A stretch of 64,000 nucleotides of DNA from Candidatus Bathyarchaeia archaeon (GCA_050010515.1 JBEKKX010000001.1:53552-117551); one strand, 5' to 3'; shown: positions 26,755 through 36,751, numbered from the stretch's first letter. A program made the numbers and translations. Notes: a model not told the origin generated them from the sequence alone.

Positions 26755-27480
26755 GTGAAAATACTAAATGAGTTTGTTCCCACACGCAAATTTTTAAAGC
26801 TTGCAGATGAAATTAAAGATCTAGTTGATGGATGGAACGTTACTGATAGTGCTGCTGGTTTTCCAGCTCCAAGCGGTACAGTTGTAAGTTGCGTCCTCAA
26901 ATCTAAATATCCTGAGAAAATAATTGTACCAATATTTATACTGCACTATAAAGGACCGGTCGAAGTAGGAGGTTTAGCATTAGCTGCAGACGTTATAGGT
27001 CTCGACGGTTTGGCAGTTACCATGGGCGACAAACCCAAGTACGGAGAGCCCATAAAAATGTTGGCGTCCTCTGAGGAAGCCCGAGACTTCATACGTAACA
27101 CGGTGAAAACTAAGAACCTAAAGCTAGGCTGTTTACTGACAGCACGGCGATCTGTGGAGGAAACCCTTGCCCGTGTGAGAGAGCCATGGGACTTTATCTA
27201 TTTCATGAGGCTAGAAGACAAATCCTTCCCAATCCTAGAGCAAGTAGCAGCAGAATGCAAGAAACTAAACAAGCCAATCTACGCATACTTCCTAGTTGGA
27301 ACAGCCAAAAACGTAGAAACAGTTAAAATGATTGGGTGGCCAACCGCCGCAACCATGGATACAGTTGAAGAAAAAGCAGCAAAGCTCAATGGCCTCGTAG
27401 ACGGCATAATTGCAACCTGTGCTGGAGACGCCGAAGGCGACAAAGAGATGCTACGAAAGCTCCAAAAGTTCAGGAGCTAA
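26755..27480 (+). CDS. Short MetF/MTHFR-like FAD TIM-barrel protein
   Basis: EFVP, NVTDSAAG, GDKP motifs resemble MTHFR; shorter than canonical MetF. Confidence 0.55.
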   Translation: MKILNEFVPTRKFLKLADEIKDLVDGWNVTDSAAGFPAPSGTVVSCVLKSKYPEKIIVPIFILHYKGPVEVGGLALAADVIGLDGLAVTMGDKPKYGEPIKMLASSEEARDFIRNTVKTKNLKLGCLLTARRSVEETLARVREPWDFIYFMRLEDKSFPILEQVAAECKKLNKPIYAYFLVGTAKNVETVKMIGWPTAATMDTVEEKAAKLNGLVDGIIATCAGDAEGDKEMLRKLQKFRS

Positions 27481-27489
27481 GACAGCTAA

Positions 27490-27692
27490 TCAATGCAAAA
27501 ATGCATCCTTAACTGTCTTTTCATCTTGTTTCTTTCTAATTCTTTTTTCGTTTTTTCATGATGCTTAAGCTTTTTTCGTTTAAGGTGATGGCAGCCTCAT
27601 TTTCTTTTAGGCAGAACGAAAGATTATTAGTTGATCAGAAATGGTTCCAACTTCTCAGCGGGAACTAACTCAACTAATTTAGGATAATCCAT
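27490..27692 (-). pseudogene. Possible eroded small gene (strong RBS, ATG, then a frameshift and stops)
   Basis: AGGAGTGA upstream of ATG GAT TAT CCT AAA (MDYPKLVELVPAEKLEP...), stop after 21 codons; protein-like continuation in another frame. Confidence 0.3.
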
Positions 27693-27858
27693 TCTTGGTT
27701 CACTCCTAAACGAACAGATATTACTTGATTGCTTGAAAAAGCATGTCGTAATGTATTTTCAAAAAGCTGGCTTGTACGCCGCTTTTGGCTTTAAATGCAG
27801 ATAAGCTTTAAAGTGAATGTGCATATGTAGCCACCTATTATTCATTGAGGACATAAGC

Positions 27859-28617
27859 ATGGAACCGGTAAAAGTAATTGCAGTTGAAGGTTTACCGTTA
27901 ATACAGAAAGGGAACAATATAGCTGAACTAATAGTTAATGCTGCAAAAAAGCAGAAAACACCCATACAAGATAAGGACGTAATCGTTGTCACTCACGTAG
28001 CCGTTTCAAAAGCGGAAGGAAACATAATCAACCTTGACGAAATCACACCTTCAAAGAAGGCAAAGGAAATAGCGCAACAAACAAACAAAGACCCTGCCCT
28101 AGTTGAGGTTATTCTCAGAGAAACCAAAGAAATAGTTCGAATAGGCCAAAACAGCATCATAACAGAAACCAAAAGTGGAGTAATTTGTGCTAATGCCGGA
28201 GTAGACAGGTCTAACGTTTCGGGCGACAGAAACGTTGTGCCACTGCCAAAAAACCCAAACGCTTCTGCACAAAACATAAGACAAGAAATAAAACAGTTAA
28301 CAGGCGCCAACGTTGCAGTAATCGTCTCTGATACGCATGGAAGACCCTTCCGCATGGGTGAAATAAACGTGGCAGTTGGCGTAGCAGGAATCAAGCCTAT
28401 TAGAGACAGACGAGGCGAAAAAGACCTCTTTGGATATGTTCTTCGAATAAAACAAACCGCGATCGCCGACGAATTATCCTCAGCAGCGGAACTTATGATT
28501 GGTCAATCGAATGAAGGAATACCAGCTGCCATTATCCGAGGGTACAATTACCAAACAACTGAAGATGTATCAGCTACCGAACTCACTAGACCAAAAGAAA
28601 AAGACCTCTTCAGATAA
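27859..28617 (+). CDS. cofE: Coenzyme F420-0:gamma-glutamyl ligase
   Basis: SKAEG, CANAGVDRSN, SDTHGRPFR, ADELSSAAELMIGQSNEG. Confidence 0.94.
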   Translation: MEPVKVIAVEGLPLIQKGNNIAELIVNAAKKQKTPIQDKDVIVVTHVAVSKAEGNIINLDEITPSKKAKEIAQQTNKDPALVEVILRETKEIVRIGQNSIITETKSGVICANAGVDRSNVSGDRNVVPLPKNPNASAQNIRQEIKQLTGANVAVIVSDTHGRPFRMGEINVAVGVAGIKPIRDRRGEKDLFGYVLRIKQTAIADELSSAAELMIGQSNEGIPAAIIRGYNYQTTEDVSATELTRPKEKDLFR

Positions 28618-28671
28618 GTCATTCAATAAGGTTCAATAATCTAACCTCTTGTAAAATACGAGATACATGAG

Positions 28672-29010
28672 TTGAAAATGATGAAAGCTAAAACGCCTAA
28701 GGAATTCTTTGAAAAAATGTTACCAGTCAGATTTAAGCCTGATAAATCAGTAGGCATTGATGTTGTAGCTCAATTAAACTTAACTGGTGCAAAAGGAGGC
28801 GACTGGGTCGTCATCATAAGAGACCAAAAATTGCAGGTTAGAGAAGGAACTATTCCTTCGCCCACGTTGACGTTGAAGATGGTAGAAAACGATTTCATGG
28901 ATATTGTAAACGATAAATTAAGTACAGAAAAAGCTTTTTTCACGGGCAAAATTAATTTTGAAGGAAACCTGAGTTTGGCGTTAAAATTAAAGGATGCAGG
29001 CTTTCTTTAA
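28672..29010 (+). CDS. SCP2 sterol-carrier-domain protein
   Basis: G GDW V I, PTLTLKM...DFM, AFFTGKINFEGNLSLALKL. Confidence 0.85.
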   Translation: MKMMKAKTPKEFFEKMLPVRFKPDKSVGIDVVAQLNLTGAKGGDWVVIIRDQKLQVREGTIPSPTLTLKMVENDFMDIVNDKLSTEKAFFTGKINFEGNLSLALKLKDAGFL

Positions 29011-29012
29011 GA

Positions 29013-29558
29013 TTATTTCAACCCAAGCTTACTCACAACTTCTAAAGGCAAATCATCCTCACCGATTTTAAAGGTGTGTGGCTCTTCAATCTTCAAGATT
29101 ACCCGTAGATCTTCGGGATCTAATTCTCGGATAAGATGAGTTAATTCTTTTTTAGCTATCTCAAAATGGTCCTTGAAAGCAGCTTTGTTGCTGTAAAATA
29201 CTCCTGCGAAAGCGCAGATTTCAGGTTTTTTTAGGAACCATTCAACTTTTTTGGTGGAAAAGTTAATGTCAAATGTTACTGGTCCAGCCCTGCATGTTTC
29301 AGGCTTGACGGGGTGTACCGAGCATTTTCCTGTGTCTTTATCGAAAAGCCTGCAGAAAACAAGTTCGTCAACTGCGGGATAAGAATAGTGTTCTTTAGCG
29401 AATGGTTTTTCAATGTTAATCTTTTGCTTTTCTATGTATTCTTTTATTATTTTTTTTCGTTTTTCGCTTAGTGGTGGTTTGGCGTCTTGGCAGCAGCTAA
29501 TTTTGCATTGGCTACAAACATCAAACGAATAAGTTGCTCCATTCTTGTCTTCAGGCAT
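29013..29558 (-). CDS. YkgJ-family Cys-cluster protein
   Basis: CSQCKISCC; CRLFD..TGKCSVHPVKPETCR.GP. Confidence 0.85.
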   Translation of the reverse strand: MPEDKNGATYSFDVCSQCKISCCQDAKPPLSEKRKKIIKEYIEKQKINIEKPFAKEHYSYPAVDELVFCRLFDKDTGKCSVHPVKPETCRAGPVTFDINFSTKKVEWFLKKPEICAFAGVFYSNKAAFKDHFEIAKKELTHLIRELDPEDLRVILKIEEPHTFKIGEDDLPLEVVSKLGLK

Positions 29559-29575
29559 TAAGGTGACACCATTTT

Positions 29576-30745
29576 TTAAAAGTATGGTTCATTATCAGAG
29601 AGGCACTTAATAAGTGTTGAATAAACGTTTATGACCGCTTGATGGAAATCGGTTTTTTCCGCGCGCCTCAAGACTCTGGTCCGTATGAGTTCAGACAGGC
29701 TGCCATTTTCTAGCCGTTTCTTAATAATCCACAGGTACCTTTTCTCGTCTTCATCTGCATATTCATGAGCTAAGTTAAAGTAGCGTTGGCATACCTGCCT
29801 TGCTGTTTTACCGTTAGGGTTTGAGACTTGAGCGTTTAACCCGTTCTTAACTACTGCGTGGAAGTCTTTGACTAGCAGGTCATGCGGTAAAAGCTCAGCC
29901 TTTAAGGCAATTAGTCCTCTGAGGGTGGCGCGTATGAAACAGCTCAAAGCCACATCGGATTTAACGCATTCCTGCTCATCCATCACACGGATTTCAAGGG
30001 CTGAGCGGTCAAACCTGAAAATTACGCCTCTTGAATTAACCCATTCCCTTGACAGCAGAGTTTTGCCTGCGCCAGCTTTAGATAAATCCTCGGAATACCG
30101 CCCAATAACACCATGCTTATACTGGTTAAACGAGTCAGCATATTCAGGGATAACCTCACCCGCTACGGATGGGATTTCTCTCTGGTTTATCTTGTAGAAT
30201 TGCAGTCGGTTGTCGACATTGGGACCGGTTTTGCCTTCATAGATTGGCGAGGAAGCAGTGATTGCTGGAATATAAGCGCATAAGTTAGCAAGCAAATTAT
30301 GCGTTTGTATGCCGTCGGTTTCTTTTTGGTATGGGAGGTTTAGGTGGAAGCTTTGTATGTTTAGCCAGCCATGCTGGTTTAGGTTGAAGATCTTGGCGTA
30401 TTCCTGATAGATTTTTCTGTGATAGTGGGGCCAGATGGCAGTATCTTCTAGCTTAAGTAGAGGATGCATTCCTGTTCCAAGAAGCATAGCATCTTGTTTG
30501 CTCACGATTTGGTTTAGGGTTGAGACCGCGTTTTGCATTATCTCTTCGAATTGGACAGGCGATTTGAAGGGAGAGTTCGCTTTTACTTCCATTACGTGAA
30601 GTTGCATCTCTTTTCCAAAGGTGAAGGCGGGCAACTTCACGAAGTTGATGATTTTTCCACAGTAATCCTTTATGATTTTGTCAGCGACTGGCAGGACTTT
30701 TAGTTCTTGGTTCACCAATGAAAACTCATGTTCTGGCCCGAGCAC
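29576..30745 (-). CDS. Glutamate-cysteine ligase family 2 (GCS2) carboxylate-amine ligase
   Basis: GPEHEF, ELxLHVME, GTGMHP, SFHLNLP, ASSP, LEIRVMDEQ. Confidence 0.88.
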   Translation of the reverse strand: MLGPEHEFSLVNQELKVLPVADKIIKDYCGKIINFVKLPAFTFGKEMQLHVMEVKANSPFKSPVQFEEIMQNAVSTLNQIVSKQDAMLLGTGMHPLLKLEDTAIWPHYHRKIYQEYAKIFNLNQHGWLNIQSFHLNLPYQKETDGIQTHNLLANLCAYIPAITASSPIYEGKTGPNVDNRLQFYKINQREIPSVAGEVIPEYADSFNQYKHGVIGRYSEDLSKAGAGKTLLSREWVNSRGVIFRFDRSALEIRVMDEQECVKSDVALSCFIRATLRGLIALKAELLPHDLLVKDFHAVVKNGLNAQVSNPNGKTARQVCQRYFNLAHEYADEDEKRYLWIIKKRLENGSLSELIRTRVLRRAEKTDFHQAVINVYSTLIKCLSDNEPYF

Positions 30746-30869
30746 TTCAAGCGGTTTATACGTAGGCTATGCCTCTTTTTGTTTAGAGTTAATTTTGGAT
30801 GCGAATATAATGATAGTTAATCTTAAATATAACTGCACTAATAACGCCTTTTAATTAACCTGGTGTCTC

Positions 30870-31571
30870 ATGACCGTGTTGGTCGTCTCAAATATCGACC
30901 TAACCACTAATTCGCAAGTAATGAAGCCCGCTACGTTTTTAGATTCCACAATCAAAGAAGCCACCCTCAACATCAACAACGAATATCGATACCTCAAAAC
31001 AGGCTATTATGTTTCGATGCACGCTGAAATTCTCGGCAACCGCGTTATTCCATCATGTGAAAACATTATTGACTCAAGCAGGACCCCGATTCTCCTTCTT
31101 AGAGCAGCCAAAGCGGGGGTGCCCACCTTACCCTTCCTCGTCACAGATTCTGTTAAAAAAATAACCAACGAACTCGGCTTCCCAGTCATCCTCTTTGCAG
31201 TAAATCCTTTCATTTACGACGGCTACAAAGTCGCCCACAACAAAAGCGCGCTCTACCGCGCCATGAAAAGCCTAGGCATGAACTACAAATTCGCCGTCTG
31301 TGCCCAACCCATCAAAGGCGAACTCTTCGCCGTCAAAACCTTCTTCGGCAAAACAACCAACACAGACCTTCAATTACAAGAGATCGCAGAAAAAGTTTAC
31401 AAAACCTTCAAAATCCCACTTTGCAAACTCCACATACAAAAAACAGTAGACAAAGCTTATCTTTGTGGACTGCAACCCGTAAACAGAAAGGAGCTTTCCG
31501 AACAAGACTTGCAAATAATTTCCAAAGAGGTCTCGCTCATTTCTGAGCAAGGTGAACCCTTCGGTGTCTAA
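30870..31571 (+). CDS. RimK-like ATP-grasp N-terminal (RLAN) domain protein with a degenerate ATP-grasp
   Basis: INN.YRYLKTGYYVSMHAEILGNRVIP; GTGA-type overlap into the downstream ligase. Confidence 0.72.
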   Translation: MTVLVVSNIDLTTNSQVMKPATFLDSTIKEATLNINNEYRYLKTGYYVSMHAEILGNRVIPSCENIIDSSRTPILLLRAAKAGVPTLPFLVTDSVKKITNELGFPVILFAVNPFIYDGYKVAHNKSALYRAMKSLGMNYKFAVCAQPIKGELFAVKTFFGKTTNTDLQLQEIAEKVYKTFKIPLCKLHIQKTVDKAYLCGLQPVNRKELSEQDLQIISKEVSLISEQGEPFGV

Positions 31572-32442
31572 AATCGCCTGCTTTGTTGAAAAATATAACT
31601 TCACTGATCCAAGAGAGGAAGGCGCACTTCAAAACTTCAAGTTAGCCGCAGAAAAACAAGGGCAAGAATTCCATTTTTTGTTCCGTGAAGATATTTCAGA
31701 CGTCGCAAAATATGATGCTGTCTTCATTAGGGCAACAACCGACCCCTTGAATACGGCGTACGTTGTGTCTAAAACAGCATGGGAACTGGGCTTGAAAGTT
31801 ATTGATGATCCTGAATCGATAACTATTTGCGGTAACAAAATTCATCAATACGCATTATTTGAGAAGTATAATGTGCCGTATATACCCACCATGTTCCTAA
31901 ACAAAGATGAACTGCACCACAAAAAAATCAGCGAAATATTTGACGCACTCGGAAAACCGGTTGTCATAAAAGCGCCTTACACAAGTTTCTCACGTTACGT
32001 GGAGAAAGCTGCCTGCGAAACAAGCTTTAGAGACGTTGCTAAACGGTTCTTCAAGAAATCTGACGTATTAGCGATTCAAAAGTTTACGCCAACAGCTTTC
32101 GACTGGAGAGTCGGCGTACTAAACAACGATGTGCTCTACGTGTGTAAGTATATGATTCCTAAGGGTAAATGGAAGCATGGCGCCAAACTCCGAGGCAAAC
32201 CAACCGTGATTTGGGGCAGAACTGTAAGCATCAAGAGACAGGAAATCCCAGCTAGACTCAGGGAAGTAGCATTAAAGGCGTGCAGTGTCGTAGGAAAAGG
32301 GCTCTACGGCGTGGACATCAAAGAAGTAGACGGCGACTACGTTGTGGTAGAAGTTAACGATAACCCAAGCATTTACGCTGGCTACGAAGACTCAATGGAC
32401 CACGACATTTACCAAAGAATCATCTCTTACTTATCAGAATAG
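31552..32442 (+). CDS. RimK-family ATP-grasp peptide ligase
   Basis: FIRATTDP, CGNKI, PVVIKAP, QKF, DWRVGVL, GLYGVDIK, VEVNDNP. Confidence 0.9.
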   Translation: MNPSVSKIACFVEKYNFTDPREEGALQNFKLAAEKQGQEFHFLFREDISDVAKYDAVFIRATTDPLNTAYVVSKTAWELGLKVIDDPESITICGNKIHQYALFEKYNVPYIPTMFLNKDELHHKKISEIFDALGKPVVIKAPYTSFSRYVEKAACETSFRDVAKRFFKKSDVLAIQKFTPTAFDWRVGVLNNDVLYVCKYMIPKGKWKHGAKLRGKPTVIWGRTVSIKRQEIPARLREVALKACSVVGKGLYGVDIKEVDGDYVVVEVNDNPSIYAGYEDSMDHDIYQRIISYLSE

Positions 32443-32509
32443 CCTCAATACGCTTTCGACACCTATTTATTATAACGCTCATTTATCCAGTGCATAGGAG
32501 ATTAGCGTC

Positions 32510-33481
32510 ATGCCTAAAGAAGCACATAAAGAACATAAAGAAGCAGTGAAAGATTACCAATTTACCGAGCAGATGTCTGTAGATGAGCTTGTTAACCAGA
32601 TGGATAAAGCATGGGGTTTCACCGCGGGCAAACTTGCTGTAGGCGTCAACATAATGGAATCCATGATTAACACAAAGGGCTGTGTAAAGTTCCTCTCTTT
32701 CACCGGCAACCTGATTGCCACAGGCACACGAGGCGTGGTCAGGGAGCTTGTTAAACGCAAACTAGTCGATGTCATCATCACTACTTGCGGCACATTGGAT
32801 CATGACATAGCACGCTGCTGGAGAGACTACTACAAAGGCAGCTTTGTAATGAACGATTCAAGACTGCATCAAGAAGGAGTAAACCGCCTGGGAAACGTGC
32901 TTGTCCCAAATGACAGCTACGGCATAATCATAGAGCAGAAAATCCAAGCGCTACTACAAGAGTTATACAAGGAAGGCAAACACGAACTCTCAGCCAGCCA
33001 GCTAGTCCGAGAAATCGGTTTACGCTGCTGCAACGACAGCTCAATTCTTTATTGGGCAGCCAAAAACAACATTCCAATCTTTGTACCAGGCATAACCGAC
33101 GGTGCAGTAGGCTATCAAACTTGGTTCTTCAGCCAAGATCATGATTTTAGGCTTAACGTGCTTAAAGACGAAGGCGAACTAAACAACATCATTTTTGACG
33201 CTAAGAAAAGCGGCGCCCTAATTGTCGGCGGAGGAATCAGCAAGCACCACACAATTTGGTGGAACCAGTTCAAAGACGGCTTAGACTTCGTCGTTTACAT
33301 AAGCACAGCAGACGAGTGGGATGGAAGCCTCAGCGGCGCAAGACCACGCGAAGCCGTTTCGTGGGGGAAAATAAACGAAAAAGCCAAACGCATAATGATT
33401 GAAGGCGACGCTTCAGTAATCATGCCAATAATGGCTAGTTCGCTTTTTGATAGGCTTAGCAAAAAGAAAATAAAAAGTTAG
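32510..33481 (+). CDS. dys: Deoxyhypusine synthase (aIF5A-modifying type)
   Basis: SFTGNL, PGITDG, GGGISKHH, DGSLSGARPREAVSWGK. Confidence 0.94.
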   Translation: MPKEAHKEHKEAVKDYQFTEQMSVDELVNQMDKAWGFTAGKLAVGVNIMESMINTKGCVKFLSFTGNLIATGTRGVVRELVKRKLVDVIITTCGTLDHDIARCWRDYYKGSFVMNDSRLHQEGVNRLGNVLVPNDSYGIIIEQKIQALLQELYKEGKHELSASQLVREIGLRCCNDSSILYWAAKNNIPIFVPGITDGAVGYQTWFFSQDHDFRLNVLKDEGELNNIIFDAKKSGALIVGGGISKHHTIWWNQFKDGLDFVVYISTADEWDGSLSGARPREAVSWGKINEKAKRIMIEGDASVIMPIMASSLFDRLSKKKIKS

Positions 33482-33485
33482 GCGT

Positions 33486-34613
33486 TTAAATTACGCCTTT
33501 TAGGAGCCAGGACATGTCTGGCCCTTTCCGTTTTTCTGGAACGCGCTCGCAGAGCGCATGGGCTATGAGGGGCAGCGCGATTGTGGCGTCGCAGTAGCAT
33601 ACTGCGCGTGTTCCTTCTTGGCTGTTGATTTTGCCCCAGCTAATCGCTTCTTCCAATGTGCAGCCGGATAAGCCTCCCCATTGCTGTGAGTCTGTGGTTA
33701 TTTGTATGGCGTATTTGTGGGGGTAATAGTATTCTTGTAAGCCTTTGCGTAAGCCGCCTTTTCTTCCTTTTACGCCTTGGTCCTGAGTCATGGGTGAAAC
33801 TGATATGGCGATGAGTTGTGTTAGGTCTTTGGGGACGCCGCCGCCGATGTAGACTACGCCGACATCTTTGGTTTTTGTGCCTATGCTGATGAACTGGTCA
33901 AATTCCTTAACGGAATCGATGGTGATGTTGTGCCCTTGGTTTTTAGCCATCAGGAAGGTTTCGCCGTAGGCGCTGTCAACCATGGCTGGGCTGAAGATTG
34001 GGACGCCGTTTGCCGCTGCAACAGCGGAGATGGCTGGAATCTTTTTCTTGCCTAGGTATTTGCCGAGCAAGTATAGGAATTCTGCGGATGTGTAATTGTA
34101 ATCGGTTTTTAGAGTCATGACGAAGTCGGTGACTACTTCTTCCATTTTGCGGTAATCCGTTTCCTTCCCGAAAACATCGTAGTACCTGTTAACGTCCGCT
34201 TTCAGCAGCGCTTCGTCGTCAACCATGTGGCTTCCCTGCCAGTAACCCAAACCCATAGCATCAACAATGTCTTCTGAAACGTTAGCGCCAGTAGAAACCA
34301 GCACGTCGATGAAGCGGTTTTCTATAAGCCAATTAATTATTGTCCATTGCCCCGCGGTGCTCATGGAACCAGCAAAACCCATGGCTATGGTCAAATCTTT
34401 TTCTTTAAGCATGTTTTCCCAAACATCAACGGCTTCACCAAGCTTTCTTCCCTGATAAGCTGTTTTGCTCATTTCAGCTAAAAGTTGTGAAATGCTTTTT
34501 TGTTTGACTTTTATTGGTTCGAGTTTCTTTTTGAAGTATGAATCGCTCATTAATCTGCACCTCGTTGTAAAATTAATAGGCTTGTATATGAAATTTGCCA
34601 TTGCAAAAATCAA
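33486..34613 (-). CDS. Second deoxyhypusine-synthase-like protein (homospermidine-synthase-like branch; likely ATG at 34550)
   Basis: GFAGSM, STGAN, FSPAMVDS, GGGVPKD, GGLSGCTLEEAISWGK. Confidence 0.85.
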   Translation of the reverse strand: MIFAMANFIYKPINFTTRCRLMSDSYFKKKLEPIKVKQKSISQLLAEMSKTAYQGRKLGEAVDVWENMLKEKDLTIAMGFAGSMSTAGQWTIINWLIENRFIDVLVSTGANVSEDIVDAMGLGYWQGSHMVDDEALLKADVNRYYDVFGKETDYRKMEEVVTDFVMTLKTDYNYTSAEFLYLLGKYLGKKKIPAISAVAAANGVPIFSPAMVDSAYGETFLMAKNQGHNITIDSVKEFDQFISIGTKTKDVGVVYIGGGVPKDLTQLIAISVSPMTQDQGVKGRKGGLRKGLQEYYYPHKYAIQITTDSQQWGGLSGCTLEEAISWGKINSQEGTRAVCYCDATIALPLIAHALCERVPEKRKGPDMSWLLKGVI

Positions 34614-34801
34614 CCAACCATGCGCATGATAGCCTAATTTGTGGCTAAATTTAGTTCACAGCTGAATATTTAGAATACAATGACTAGGCTCTACCTACCT
34701 CAATTTAGCTAAAGAAACTCATCAACAAAATTGACTCCCTCTCCCTCTTTTTGTTAAGTGATTTCACTAGCTAAAAGTAGACCTCTGCCCCTATCGCTCT
34801 G

Positions 34802-36751
34802 CTACATTTTTTCTGGTGCAACGACTCCAATGAGAGTTAAAGCGTTATGCATGACGATTTGTATGGCTTGCGTTAATGTTATGCGTGCGTCGCTGAGCTC
34901 CTGCGTTTCTGCTTTTATGACTGGGATTGCGTTGTAGAATGTGTTGAATTTGTCTGCTAACGCGTTTGCGTAGTCAGCAATTAAGTTCGGTTTTAGGTAT
35001 TCTGTGGCTTCGATGAAGGTGCCTGGGAAGCTTGATAGGTTTAAGATGAGCTCGTGCTCAAGCTTTTCGGAGAGCAGTTCGTATGCTGGTTTTTCTGGTT
35101 CTCTTGCCGCTTTGCGCATAATGCTGCATGCTCTTGCATGAGTGTATTGTACGTATGGTGCACTGTTGGTTTCGAAGTTGAGCACGCGCTCCCAGGTAAA
35201 TATGACTGGCTTTGAAGAATCAACATCGACAAGCGCGTAACGCACAGCACCTAAACCGACAAAGCTGGCGATTTTGCTTTTTTCTTCCTCGGAAAGTTGC
35301 GGTGAGCGCTTCGAAACTTCTTCGTAGGCTCGTTGAACCGCTTCGTTGAGAACTTCGTCCAAAGTAATGTAGTGCCCTCTGCGGCTGCTCATCTTGTAAC
35401 CGGGCAAAGTAACCAAATTGTAAGCGAAATGAACCAGATTCTCAGCGTATTCACTGTAACCTAATGCGTATAGTGCAAGTTTTAACTGAAGCTGTGCCAG
35501 CGACTGCTCCACACCAATAACGTTTATGACTTTTTGTGCATGCTTGAACTTCCATAGCGTATAAGCTATGTCACGAGTAGTGTATAATGTGGTGCCGTCG
35601 GCACGCACAAGCGTTAACGATGGAACCTCATTATTCTCACCCAAACCCAACTTGTCCTTCAAATTCAGGATTTCTGCGGCTTTTTCCGCATCAAACTCTA
35701 ACACGCCTTTTTCGCTGTAAACAAATGGTGAAGTCTTCAGTTTCTGCAAGACCTCACTAACTTGGGTGCTCCACACGAAGTCGCTTTCCCAATCCCATGA
35801 GTCATAAGTGACTTCAACTCGTTTCATGGTTTCTCTGAAACCTTCAAGGCACAAGTCGCTGACTTCACGGATAAGCTGTTTAGCTTTAGGTTCCCCATCC
35901 TCGTAAGCTCGGTTCAGTCGGTTTATTTCTTCCTCTGGATTTTGGTCTTCACCGATTTTAGCTATCAATGCTTCAAAGAGCACTGGATATTTTTCTTTAA
36001 GTTCAGCGGCAATTGACATCCACTCGTCAATTTCCTTATTTGCCTTTACTAAATCGTCACTTGAATGGATTGCAATAGCGAGTTCACGTGTTTTTTTCAA
36101 ACGTTTGATTTCAACAAGACAACTGGTAACGGTGTAGATTTTGCCAACGAAATGGTCAGGTTTCTCTGTTGGTTTTGGTCTGCCGAGCTTTTCGTAACCA
36201 TAAGCGACAACAGATGATTGCCTGCCAACATCATCAATGTAGTAATGTCGTGAAACCTTATTTCCCCTGCATTCTAGAATGCGTGTTAAAGCGTCACCTA
36301 GCATGGGATTTCTGGCTTGTCCAATATGGATTGGATGAAGCGGATTAACGCTTGTGTGCTCAACGATAATTTTAGTTGGCTCAGCAGTCTTAACAAAGCC
36401 ATAATCAAACTTTAACTGCTTAACCGATTCCAAAGTTAAAGCTGAAAACTTGGCGAAGTTAACATGAAAATTTATGTATCCTGCACCTGCACATGAAACC
36501 TTCTCAATCAGTTTAAAGCTGGATTTGTCGATTGCAGCGACTAGATGCCCCGCAAGGTCTAGTGGTTTTTGGTTTAGTTTCTTTGCCAACTCAAAACACA
36601 GTGAGGAAGCTAACTGGCCATATTCAATGTTTGGTGTCTTACTTAGCGTAATACGTGGCGTTTTTATTTCAGGCAAAGCCTTCTTCAACGCATTTGCCAA
36701 TACAGTTTGGCATTCTTGGCGAAATTGATCGAATGGATTTTCTGAAATCAT
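34802..36751 (-). CDS. argS: Arginyl-tRNA synthetase
   Basis: EHTSVNP..PIHIGQARN (HIGH), DGTTLYTTRDIAY, KMSSRRG, YVQYTHAR. Confidence 0.96.
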   Translation of the reverse strand: MISENPFDQFRQECQTVLANALKKALPEIKTPRITLSKTPNIEYGQLASSLCFELAKKLNQKPLDLAGHLVAAIDKSSFKLIEKVSCAGAGYINFHVNFAKFSALTLESVKQLKFDYGFVKTAEPTKIIVEHTSVNPLHPIHIGQARNPMLGDALTRILECRGNKVSRHYYIDDVGRQSSVVAYGYEKLGRPKPTEKPDHFVGKIYTVTSCLVEIKRLKKTRELAIAIHSSDDLVKANKEIDEWMSIAAELKEKYPVLFEALIAKIGEDQNPEEEINRLNRAYEDGEPKAKQLIREVSDLCLEGFRETMKRVEVTYDSWDWESDFVWSTQVSEVLQKLKTSPFVYSEKGVLEFDAEKAAEILNLKDKLGLGENNEVPSLTLVRADGTTLYTTRDIAYTLWKFKHAQKVINVIGVEQSLAQLQLKLALYALGYSEYAENLVHFAYNLVTLPGYKMSSRRGHYITLDEVLNEAVQRAYEEVSKRSPQLSEEEKSKIASFVGLGAVRYALVDVDSSKPVIFTWERVLNFETNSAPYVQYTHARACSIMRKAAREPEKPAYELLSEKLEHELILNLSSFPGTFIEATEYLKPNLIADYANALADKFNTFYNAIPVIKAETQELSDARITLTQAIQIVMHNALTLIGVVAPEKM

